From Paragordius varius (lineage: Eukaryota > Animalia > Nematomorpha), in assembly GCA_964247055.1 (NCBI GenBank), contig OZ176053.1, forward strand, positions 6,820,001 to 6,884,000: a DNA stretch of 64,000 nucleotides. Reading direction: 5' to 3'. Positions 27,901 through 39,149 of the stretch are shown here, piece by piece. The translations under genes and the position numbers were made by a program. The first letter of the stretch is position 1. Each line of letters begins with the position of its first letter. The notes beneath the pieces were generated by a model. That model did no database searches. It saw nothing but the letters and a program-made list of their open reading frames with translations, and was not told where the DNA came from.

Positions 27901-30861
27901 TTCATTAAATGTATATTATGGTAAAAAATTGTAAATAATCAACTTTGATTTTTGATATATATCTATTTTAATATGTTTGATTCAATCATGCTTTAATTAA
28001 ATTTAAGATTCTAAAATCAAAATACTGAAAAATTCCATATTTTATATCTCATATCGGAGAAAAGGGTTTAATTATTTAATTCTAACCGAACCATTACTTT
28101 GTCAAGTACTTTAAGCTCAAAAAACTATTCCGAAATGTCATAGAGGACAAATAAATGAAAAGGTCATGAAGTGCATATTTTTTTTGTAATTAAAATATTT
28201 AAAAGATACTTTTTTAATTGGATAGAAACCTATTACCGTTTTGGGTGAATCATTGGCCGATTATTATGGAGTCCGTAACGCCTATCAAGTAAAAATAATA
28301 ATGATAATAATATAAATTTGTTACTATTTTTTTAACGAAGTTGAAAATTTATATGAAATAGACAAACTTTTATAGTTAAACATAGATTGATGTGAGTGAT
28401 ACACAAACTAGTAAGGACATCAGTGGTACACTTTTATTTATGTGTTATACCAGTTATATTTAACACTAACACACTGCAAAAACGGTTCTGATATTTTTCA
28501 AACGGACAAAAAAAGGTGAATGGACACGGGGTGGCTCCTGTAAAATGTTCGGAACCTACTTCCGGTTCGGAGCCATTTTTTTTCAAATACAGTGTAACCT
28601 TATTTTTATGTAGTTTATTTAAGTATATTACTTTAAATATACTGATAGTAGTAGATAATTAATAGATTTAAGGCTTCTCATTGTATTAAATATGGGAACT
28701 CTTAATTTTTGATTGTAAAATTAAATCCATTGATCTAAAACAAATGGAAACAAAAACCCGAACCAGGTATAAAAATAAAAGCTGAACTTGAACCGAATCT
28801 GGTTCCGTTTCTATTTTTTGTATATATGTAACACCATAAAATACAGAATTTATGCACATCATACTTTTAATACAAATTAATAAGATTTGGGGTACATTTT
28901 ACGATGAAATTTAAAATGAATAATACCATGTAAATTATATATTTCTCAATATCTTGAATAATTTATTTGTGCTACACATGGGGACTATTTTTTAATTTGA
29001 TACCGGAGTTTTGGTGCATTTTTGTATTCATGTGCCTAGAAATCTTTATGGTCCGCATTATTGTTATAAAACTTAACCATTTTTTGAGAGCATCAGAGGC
29101 GTAGCTGGATTTATGGCGCCTGGTGCATGAATCCGTGATAGCGCCCCCTTTTATCCATGCAACCCCTTGCATTTTAAAAAAATAGTAATAACCGACCACT
29201 CATAAATGAGTGATTTTTTATGCGTTATTTACAACAATGACTTTTAATATCTATTTTTTTTTAAATTAAAGTTCGTCGCCCCTTCGACTATGGCGCCCGT
29301 CAGTCCCCCTTTCCTCCCCCCTAACTACGCCTCTGCATATTAAATACACCTGAAATTATTTTTGCCTAATTGAGGGATATGTTTTCCAAACCGCATTCAA
29401 TCGGTTATACTCTTTAAGTATGAGAAATTTAAAGAATAAACAGGAAAAAATTATTGTCTGCTTTAGTCATTTTAATGCTATCAATATATGTGTGTATAAT
29501 TAATTTTAAAATATATTGGCTAGCTAAATGATATTTTCTATAACGATATATGTACTAAGCATTTATATATTATTTTTTTAGGCTTTGCTAAAAACGATCA
29601 CTTTCAAAACACAGGACTTACACAAAATAAACAGGCAATTCTTAGTAGAATATTCAAAGGTATAATATCGTATTAATCTTAATTTTGTCTGATGCATATT
29701 ATATTAATATAATACTATATTCATATGCAGTTCTTTTGCACAGCAACTAAGCCATATTTTAGAGATCTTCTACCAACTATTAGTGACCACCTCCAAGGTC
29801 CCCAAAGGTTTGCTACTTATTTTATTTTTTATTTAGATATATAAAAAATTTCCGTTTACCTAAAAAATAATTTCTTTATTTTCCTTACATTTTCAATCGT
29901 ACTAATAAATCCTTCTTGTATTATATTATTAGAAATAGATGTGCTAGAATATGAAGGTGTTTTGCTTAATTTAATCATACTTTAATGAATCATAAAGCAG
30001 TCGATAATCTATTTATAATCATTTTTATAATTTATTTAAGTATGATTCTCCTGTCCAATATTTAACAAAGATTTTACAGTACCCACATAATGTTGGTCGT
30101 AAATAAATAATTTTTTCCACCTTTTAACATTAAATTTGTCATTGAATTATAGACAAATGTGTATCATAAGCTTTTGTAACACCAATTAGCCAACTATAAA
30201 GTGGGGTATTGTATGATGCCTCTTTTTTCAAAAATTTAATTATAAATTTAAAATATAAAAAAATAAAAATGCTCAACTAAACCATATATTTTTCCAAGTT
30301 CATGTTGATAATTTAAAATATAGGCCCATATAACACCACAAAAATATTTTGCAGATCCATAACTTTTACATGTAAATGCAACAATGTTTGATATCTTGTT
30401 TAAATTCTTGCTTCACATAAACCTGAGTTAGCTACCCAATTTCCTAAATATATATTGGAAAATATAAATAAGTTTACATAATTAGGTTTATTATATTATG
30501 CCCAGTGAAATTTCTTTAAACAAATAAATTTCATATTTACAATACCCACTTTTTTGTTGGTCTCCTCAAATTATTGGGCAATACAATACTTAGATAAAAG
30601 ACAATAATAAATGAATGAAATTAAACAATTTTTTATCTCTTACAACGTTAAATTTGTATATTTAATGATGGACAAAATATGCATTATGCTATACGCAACT
30701 GTATTGCCAAAGTGGGTACTGTTAAGTTTCATTAACCAAACACCCTTTTTAATTTTTCCTTTTATAGGATCGATTTAACATTGCAAAACTTTGCTCCCTA
30801 TTACGACACTTTTTTCTGCAAAAAGCCGCCGACCTCTGTTCATGAATGCAATTATATATAA
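18937..30861 (+). CDS. M13 (neprilysin-family) metallopeptidase gene 2, complete, 16 exons, about 661 aa
   Basis: Exons: 18937-19024, 19125-19283, 19390-19895, 20474-20548, 20652-20770, 21311-21536, 21838-21936, 23382-23459, 23967-24019, 24815-24879, 27412-27528, 27621-27709, 28226-28288, 29582-29659, 29731-29807, 30768-30861. They total 1986 nt in one open frame. N-terminal hydrophobic segment (MTDSILNRFIRYNYIFSIIYYLAF), SAFY, HEMMH, GESLAD, SDHLQGPQR, and a C-terminus RIDLTLQNFAPYYDTFFCKK..CNYI*. An extra in-phase exon could have been missed. Confidence 0.88.
26469..27153. other. 661-bp segment flanked by 12-bp direct repeats, absent from gene 1 intron 10
   Basis: AGGTAATTAAGC (26469-26480) and AGGTAATCAAGC (27142-27153). 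There is a single AGGTAATAAAGC at the paralogous site (reverse complement of 4197-4208). Confidence 0.6.
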
Positions 30862-31384
30862 TACAAGATATGTAATGTTAAATTCTACCTGTCATAAATA
30901 AATTGATATTATCCATGAATTAGTACTATCCATTGTAAAATTTAGGAAGTAGGGTATGGTGAAAAACAATGATAATCCATGTAAAAAAAGAAAAAAATGT
31001 ATTCAAGAATAATCTTTTTAAATTTAGTATTGTCATGATAGTACATATAATATATTGTCAGAAAACTTTTTAAAAAAATACTTTCTGCGAAACGATACAT
31101 GGAAACGACATGCCGATTAAATATTAATTTTTATGTATCAACGGTGCGGTTCAAATATAAAAAAATGGAAAAGTGAAGGCGGGCAAAGAGAAATAGAATT
31201 AGAATAAGGTTGAGTATTTGATGGTAAGAGCAAAGCAAATATAAGAAGCGATTTTAGCAGCAGTTGATCTTAACATATGAAATATATTTTAAAATTCCGA
31301 AATAGTTGGGCAAATTATAAAAAAAATCTCAAATGTTTTATGAGAATAAAATAATGATTTACATGTTAAAAGTAAGATTTACAG

Positions 31385-31790
31385 TCCTGTGTTGTATAGC
31401 CAACAATAATGTGTTAATAAACATGGGCACTAAAGATAAAGCACTTTGAAGTTACTGAAATGAGAATTAGATTGATGTGCGGTGTAATGAGAAAAGACAA
31501 AGCGAAAAATTTATACATAGGAGGAAGTAAAGAAATCAAATCGATAAGAGACAAAAGAGAATGTTAAATTGTCCTAGAGGTTTGGACACGTAGAAAGAAG
31601 AGAAGGCAACTATATCGGTAAAAACAATGATGAATATATTGTGGTAGATAAAAGGGGAAAAGGGCGCCCTAAAACGCGATGGATATATGCACGATAAAAG
31701 AAAGATGTTCGAACCTAAAACGACGACATAGACACGCTATGGCGAATAGCGTGCGAATGTGACCTCTCGAAAGAGTGATATCATGCAATG
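31385..31790 (+). mobile_element. Degenerate 3' fragment of an RTE-clade LINE
   Basis: Broken frames give EMR..MCGV.RKD, GHVERREGNYIGK and RGKGRPKTRW, typical of the RTE ORF C-terminus. Confidence 0.7.
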
Positions 31791-32347
31791 TAATTAGCAT
31801 TATTTAATTTTAAAATAAATATCTAACAAAAAGTGATTTGTAATAATTTGGTTTTACCTGCTCTAAAATTGTAATATTGTTAATTTGAAGAGAAGAAAGT
31901 AAAAAAAACGTTATTTATTCGTTTTTTTGTGCTTTATATATACTATTTTTAGGTGAGCATAATTTGCATCATAACAATAAAATTTCGTGTAACAAAGGAT
32001 ATAATATTTACATAGTACTAAAAAATATAAAAATAATATAATTCAAATCTCACAGAAAATTATGTTATACGACCAAAGTATATACTTTTTGCATTTTAAT
32101 GTATGTTAAGTAATTTTATTGCCAGTCAAATAACATAAATGGTTTATCAAATGCCTAAAATACTGATCCACAAAAATATTTCGTAGTACACATATGAAAG
32201 AGGATTGACGTGAGAATTATCAAAGGCTTTATAATTTGATGGATATTGTAATGTAAATTTTAAGAATATTATAGCAATTTATGGTAACATATCAAAATAT
32301 TGTTTTTAAGTATATAGATGCGAAATTTTGTGGGTTTTTATCTTTAA

Positions 32348-33083
32348 TCTATATATTTATAAAAATGGAAAATGCTAGCTTTGTGATCTGGTACAGGAAA
32401 ACCGGTAGTCCCAATCAAATCCAAATATCGAAAAAATATAATCATTAAATGTCCCGACAATAGCTTCGCCCCTTTTTTGAAATAGGCCCCCAGTTCGGGC
32501 CCACCCCGTATGAAAAACGGTTTTTTTTGAAAACAGAAGTCCACAAAAATCGTGTCTTTGAGACAATTTTCCGGAGAACGTGTTGGACCATTCAATTTTA
32601 AATATGATTTTTGTTTACTTATTTTCGATTGCGCTGAACATAGCCGAGCCACTTTTTTGATTTAGGCCCTCTTTTTACCCGCTCCCCCCGTAAAATGCCA
32701 CCTTTTTCAAAAAACAAAGTCCACAAAAATAATTTTTTAAATCGATTTTTCGCCCTACTAGGTATGAGACCGTAAAAATTCAATAAAGATTCCACGTATT
32801 CCCTGTTAAAAGGCAAAAATTTTAGTCAGGCGTTTCTTTGATGATAGCTGCTGAGTAAGGAGTATCTATCATATGTATAGCATGTTAAAAGATATATGGA
32901 TATTAAAACATTATTTATGGTAATCTATATATTTATAAAAATGGAAAATGCTGGCTTTGTGATCTGGTACAGGAAAACCGGTAGACCCATTCAAATCCAA
33001 ACTTCGAACCCCCCCTCCCCCCCCCCCCCCCAGAAGTCCGAAGGACTTCCTCGGGCTGCGTAGCAGCACGAGATTCACGCTAG
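32348..33083 (+). mobile_element. Non-autonomous Helitron with two 5' ends
   Basis: A^TCTATATATTTATAAAAATGG at both 32348 and 32924 (~85-bp direct repeat). Hairpins GAAGTCC-gaa-GGACTTC and GCTGC-gta-GCAGC (33055-33067), then CTAG^T at 33080-33084. Confidence 0.8.
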
Positions 33084-33099
33084 TAAATAATAAAATACG

Positions 33100-35935
33100 T
33101 ATTTTAAAATTATTTATATTAATTATTCCTAATTAAATTTATAATATTTTTAAACACAGGTAAATATATATTTGTGATTTAAGTAAGTTTAGATTGTTAT
33201 TTTTTTATTTTGCATTGTTAATTAATAATTTTTAAGTATTTTAATCAGGTAAAAATTAACAAATTTATTCAAATTTAATTTTTTGTTTTTTAGGTTTTAC
33301 ATTGTTAATTGTAACAATTACTACATATTTTGGACATTTTAATAAATACAGGTAAAAATTTCGGTTTTTGATAAATTTAGTAAAAAAAATTTCGTTTTTT
33401 AGGTTTTGCATTGTTAATAGTAAATAATTAATACATATTTTTTTTAATAATTACAGGTAAAAATTGCGGTTTTTAATAAATTTAGTAAATTTTTTTTTGC
33501 ATTGTTAAATGTAATTAATTACATATTTGTGTTTTAAAAAAATACAGGTAAAAATCGGTATTTAATAAATTTAGTCAAATCTAAATTTTTTTGTTTTTTT
33601 TAACATTGATAATTGTAATTAAACTACATATTTTAGACTTTTTAAAAAACAGGAAAATTGCGGTTTTTAAAAAATTTAGTCAAATTTAATTTTTTTGTTT
33701 TTTATTTAATTTTAATTATTAATTTTATTTTGACATATTATAATAAAGATAAGTAAAATCATTCAGATTTAAGAATTTTTTGTTTTTTCTGTATTGCATT
33801 GTTAATAAATAATAATTTTGAATATTAAAACAGGTAAAAATATTTGGGTGTGAAATTTTATTATTTTTTGGGTATTGCATTGTTAATTATTAAAATTTTC
33901 AGATATTTTTGTTATATTATTAAATACAGGTAAATAATATGATATTTTTAGAAAATTTATGTATTTTACAATTTGTTTTTTAAGTTTTGCATTGTTAATT
34001 AATCATGTTTTAAATATTTTTGTACATTAATAAAGAGATGTAAAAGTCTATGTTTTTCGGTTTTATATGTAATTATAAATACCCACCAATATATAATATA
34101 TATTTACTAAAACGCTGTATAGATGAAAAAATATATTAAAATTAATAATTTTAGTGGCTTATATACTAATTAAATTCTCAAAATATACTCAACCGATAGT
34201 TTTCAATCAAAGCTATATACAACAAGAAAATAATTTTTAATTATAGATAAATTTATTTATATATAAATGTATTATCAATAGTTCACAATTAAAGTTGGAA
34301 GCATTGTTTGAAATTAGCATTCTTATTGATAAAGACAGGTAATTTTGATGATTATATTATTGATATATGATGCGGTGTGCGTTCATGGTGATAACTTAGA
34401 ATGATAAATATTTAGAGATGCCAAAATAATACCAGGAAATGTAGATAATCCTGAAAATTACAGTCAACATGATTTTCTGGGATCATCATAGCAATTAAAA
34501 TATAAGAACGTATTTGCATAAAGTATTATAAAATTAATACCTGGATTCTATAGGTATTTTCAACATATTTTAAATATTGGGGGCTAAAACATCCAAAGTT
34601 TGAAAGGGGACTAAATAAGTTTGGCATGGCTTTTTAACAACTAAATTTGCAAAAAATATCTTCATGATAAAAATTTAAAAATGATATTTCATGTTTTTGC
34701 GTTTTTGTTCTACCAGCCAAATGAAAAGGCTTATATGATTTCACCAATGACGTCAAATAGAAAATAACAAATATTTTTTCAAAAGCTTTGAATGCAACAG
34801 CACTCCATAAACTAAGCATGCAACACTAACATTGTTTGATCTGGTGAAGAAAAGTTTTTCATATTTATTTAGTTTAGTATGGAACGAAAACAACGCAAAA
34901 ACATAAAATATCATTTTTGAATTTTTTCTCATGAAGAAAATATTTTTTTGCAAATTTAGTTGTTAAGAAGCCATGTCAACCTTATTTAGTCCCCTTTCAA
35001 ACTTTGGATGTTTTAGCCACCCATATCTAAAATTATGGTGAAAATACTTCTAGAATCCAGGTATTAATTTTCTAATACTTTAATCAAATACTAGTTGATA
35101 TAATAATCCCAGAAAATGATGTTGATAGTAATTTTCAGGATTATCTACATTTCCTGGTGATTTTGGCATCTCATGGTATTCCTTATTCTAAGTATTGATC
35201 GCCATGAACGCAAACCGCATCATATATCAATATTATAATCATTAAAATTACCTGAATTAATATCAATAAGAAAGCTAATTTCAAACAATGCTTCCAACAT
35301 CAATTTGTCATTTATATTATGATAATAAATTTATCTATAATTAAAAACTATTTTTTATCGTATATAGCTTTGATTGAATATCGGTTGAGTATATTTTGAG
35401 TTTAGTATTTAAGCCGCTAAAATTTGTAATTCCAATATATTTTTGCATCTATACAGCGATGTTTTAGTAAATATATATATTATTTATTGGTGGATATTTA
35501 CAATTAAATATAAAACCAAAAAAATTGACTTTTACATGTCTTTATTAATGTACACAAATATTAAAAACATGATTAATTAACAATCCAAAACTTAAAAACC
35601 AAATTGGAAAATACATATATTTTCTAAAACTATTATATTATTTACCTGTATTTAATAATATAACAAAAATATCTGAAAATTTTAATAATTAACAATGCAA
35701 TACCTAAAAAATAATAAAAAAATTTCTCAAACCCAAATATTTTTACTTGTTTTAATAATTATAACAAAAATATATTAAATATATTATTTACTAACAATGC
35801 AATACAGAAAAAACAAAAAATTCTTAAATCTGAATGATATCACTATCTTTATTATATTATGTCAAAATAAAATTATCTATAATTAAAATTAAATAAAAAA
35901 CGAAAAAAATTAAATAAATTTTTTAAAAACCGCAA
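33100..35935. mobile_element. Foldback-like element: ~1.05-kb inverted arms plus ~100-bp tandem subrepeats
   Basis: Arms ~33658-34712 and ~34880-35935 with a spacer of about 170 bp. The ACAGGTAAAAAT..TTTTGCATTGTTAAT unit recurs about every 95-105 bp from 33157 to 33650. No ORF, and no TSD found. Confidence 0.75.
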
Positions 35936-36779
35936 ACGGATTTTATAATTGACCCTTAAATTTCTACTTTTTATTATTTTATATTAACACTAATAGTAAA
36001 AAATCTCGATTGCTGGATTTAATATTTGACCCATTTATATATGCTTTGACATAAAGTTAATTTACAAAGTTTTTCATTTTAGTGAATCCATATGCACTAA
36101 CATGGCGGGAAAAAAACAACTTTTAATCAAAATTTCGGTGTAAACAGTGGACATAATGGGCCCCATTTCATGATGAGCCTTTTTTATAAAAATAGCGCTT
36201 ATTCACTAATTAGCTAGTGTTGAATATATAAACTTCTCAAATTATTAATCAAGGGTTAATTATTATAATCTTTTTGACTTCTTTGTGGTTATTATTGAAC
36301 CCCTAAAGAGTTTAAAATAAAAAAATAATTCATTTTTTATAATTTTTAAAAAGTTGGAGAATATTAATTATTATTATATATTTCAATAAAATTTAATGTG
36401 AATTAAATCATCATTACAAGTTTATAAGTTTATAATGATATGTATATTTTTCTTATAATCAAAGTCATTATGGAAGAGGTAGGATGTAGGGGGAAATTAG
36501 TCAAGAGGGATTATATTCGGTTTTTTTGATGCGTGATTAGCATATATCGGATGTAGTACAATTTGCATTTAAAATTACCGTAAAAATTTAAGATCATTGA
36601 TCTAATGGCACTCTTGTTTCCAAAAACACGAATTAATTATCGATTGAAAAAAAGTTATGATTACCATAAAAAAATAACTGAAAATATCCATGTGTATGTG
36701 ACACCGAAAAAAAATGTTATCAGCATAAAAAATTAATTGATACATTAAATACTAAATACCAAAGCTGGATATAAGGAAA

Positions 36780-37890
36780 TTGAATATATTTAAAACTCGC
36801 AAGTTTATTATCAAAAATTATGGAAATTATTGCGAATACCACCTATCGTAACATCGATAATAATAAGAAATATGCATAGGCAATCATTTTGCATGGAATA
36901 AAACCCAGAATGCCAAAAACAACCAGTTATATATAAACATATAAGATATCCTAAAAATCAAAATACATTAGGTTGATGTCCATTCAATCTTTAAATATGC
37001 AAGTTGTATCATGACAAACTGGAATTAATACAGATAACGGAGAAATCGCAATATATGAAGCTAAACTATGGCTTAAATAAATTAAACCACTAATATATTT
37101 TATTAAAACCATTAACCTTTGCGATCTACAATTTTGCTAAAGTTTTAAGAATTTCTTCAAACAAAAAGATTTTAATTACCATACCCCGATTTGCAACATA
37201 TAAAGATTTATAATCTTAAATAAATCCATAGAATCCAATATCAAATAGGCCAAATCGATAATACGTAAAAATATGCAATAATTTTTTATAATTGATATTT
37301 AAAGGTATATGAATTGTAGCATTGTTAAGCTATTATTAAGCTCTGAAACAAGTTTATTTTTTATGGTGCCTACTCTGTCGTAGTAGTAGTCGATCTTTGA
37401 AAACCTAAATTATAGATGCCATATAACCTGATTTAATCTTATATAACTCTCTGTTTAATCATTCATATAACTATAAAATAAGGAAGGGTATCCAACACAA
37501 ATGGCCGGGCCGCATTTAAAATCTATAAATTTCCATCAATAAATAATTTACTTCACAATGAAAAAGTAATGATATCACTATGAAAACTAAAGTAAGAGTT
37601 ATGAAATGCATGGTTTTTCTGAGAGCGTAAACTACACAAGGTTGAACATTCAAACTTGAGAAAAAATGGGTAGTGTTGAATATAAGGTCTGATAAGGGTA
37701 AGAATGAAACAATAAATGAAAATTTAATGGGAGCTTAATGGAAACTATTATAAGAAGAAAGTTTCCATAGGCACATCTAAAGAAATACATTCCTTAGGAA
37801 GATTTGATTTTTGGGAAAGTTTATAAAAAGTAAGATAATATTAAGATGGCTGGATAATGTAAAGAAGGAACTTGGTAGAAATATAACTGA
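36780..37890 (+). mobile_element. Highly decayed RTE-like LINE remnant
   Basis: Traces KLWKLLRIP..IIRNMH, NLCDLQF and RWLDNVKKELG in broken frames. Confidence 0.4.
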
Positions 37891-37891
37891 A

Positions 37892-38535
37892 TTAAGGGAT
37901 AATGGAAAGGTACAAGTGGAGGTGACTCTGTGTGTCTATTGCTAGTCGAGATTGACTTTTTGCAATATTGTAAATGAAATTTCTCCGTAAATTACGGTTT
38001 TTAGTTTTAATGTTGGGTTCTGCCAAGGTTGCATGGGTTTCTTGTTGAATATTGTCCATCCACCTTATCCTTCTTCGGTCCCTTCGTGTACCACTAACTT
38101 TTCCCAACATCAGGCTTTTTCCAGTGAATATCTCATAATGTGGCCAAGCTGGGATAGTTTGTTGCGGATGGATATTCCAACAATGACATATCGGGATTGA
38201 TTTTTGCATTTTAGTTATTTTATCCGTCTATTATTTTGTTAGAGTTTTCTTTATATCCAGTTTAAAGGAGTTTATTATCCGTATGTTGGTTTTTTTAAGT
38301 CCAATATCACACACGTAGAGGAAAGTTGGAAAACAATTATATTTGTAAGTTGATCTTCTTTTTTAGGCTGACATCATGGGATGCCCAAATTTTGTTAAAA
38401 TTAATTGCGGTCGTTTCGGCCATAGCTATTCTCCGTTTTAACTCGGGAGTACAATTATTATCATCACGTATTAAGCTCCTGAGATATGTGTAACTTTTGA
38501 CTGTTTCAATAGTGTTCCCGTTAACGATCATTAAA
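37892..38535 (-). mobile_element. 3' fragment of RTE (BovB-like) LINE
   Basis: VKSYTYLRSLI..ELKRRIAMA and MLGKVSGTR..RIRWMDNIQQ in ORFs 38337-38531 and 37892-38209. Confidence 0.8.
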
Positions 38536-39149
38536 GCGTTTGTAACTTTCGTGTTATTATAGATAGTTTAATTTTCAAGAAGTTACAATTTTGCCTATGT
38601 TTTTTAAAAAATGAATTTATTCTTCGGTTTTCTTGCATAAATATTTTGAATAAATGATATCAATAGCAGTCTACTAAATAACATTTTAAGGGTTATATGT
38701 GGTTATCAATTTAATGATGTTAATTAATAAAATAGATATATTTCTATTATTTTTTTAAAATTTTAAGTAAATAATATGAATTTTTTATTTTACCAAGATA
38801 CATATGTTTTTATTTTTTCCACATATATCACGGGCCGGTTTTTTTTAAAGTGTCGCATACGGCCCGAGAGACGGGGCTTTCACTTTTTGGTCTAAAAGTT
38901 TTCAATTAAAGGGTCGGTCTTTATAGGGAATTTTAACAAAATATTTTTAATCAGTTATAGTTATTATGCGCAGGATTTTCTGTCACGTTTTCGAAAAAAA
39001 TAAACAATTTAATGTGGTATCACTGATTATTATATAATTGCAATGTATGTCTTTTAATGGTCAGACGTGAAATTGTTAATATTTTTTTGGGATTATTCAC
39101 CGAAAAAAATTCATGTAGAATACCGGAATTAAAAAAAACCATATCATGA

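Larger units (their letters stand above)
1..30110. repeat. Giant inverted segmental duplication (arms 1-~14045 and ~17836-~30110 within the window; spacer ~3.8 kb)
   Basis: Mirror ORFs have a coordinate sum of 31872 (e.g. 11947-12534 with 19338-19925; 9239-9478 with 22394-22633). The core ~7480-13800 versus ~18072-24394 is near-identical, and diverged homology continues on both sides. Position 1 corresponds to about 30110. Confidence 0.95.

Noticed and set aside
33150-33750. CRISPR-like array
   Set aside because: The units are degenerate AT-rich tandem repeats without unique spacers, in a eukaryotic context with no cas genes.
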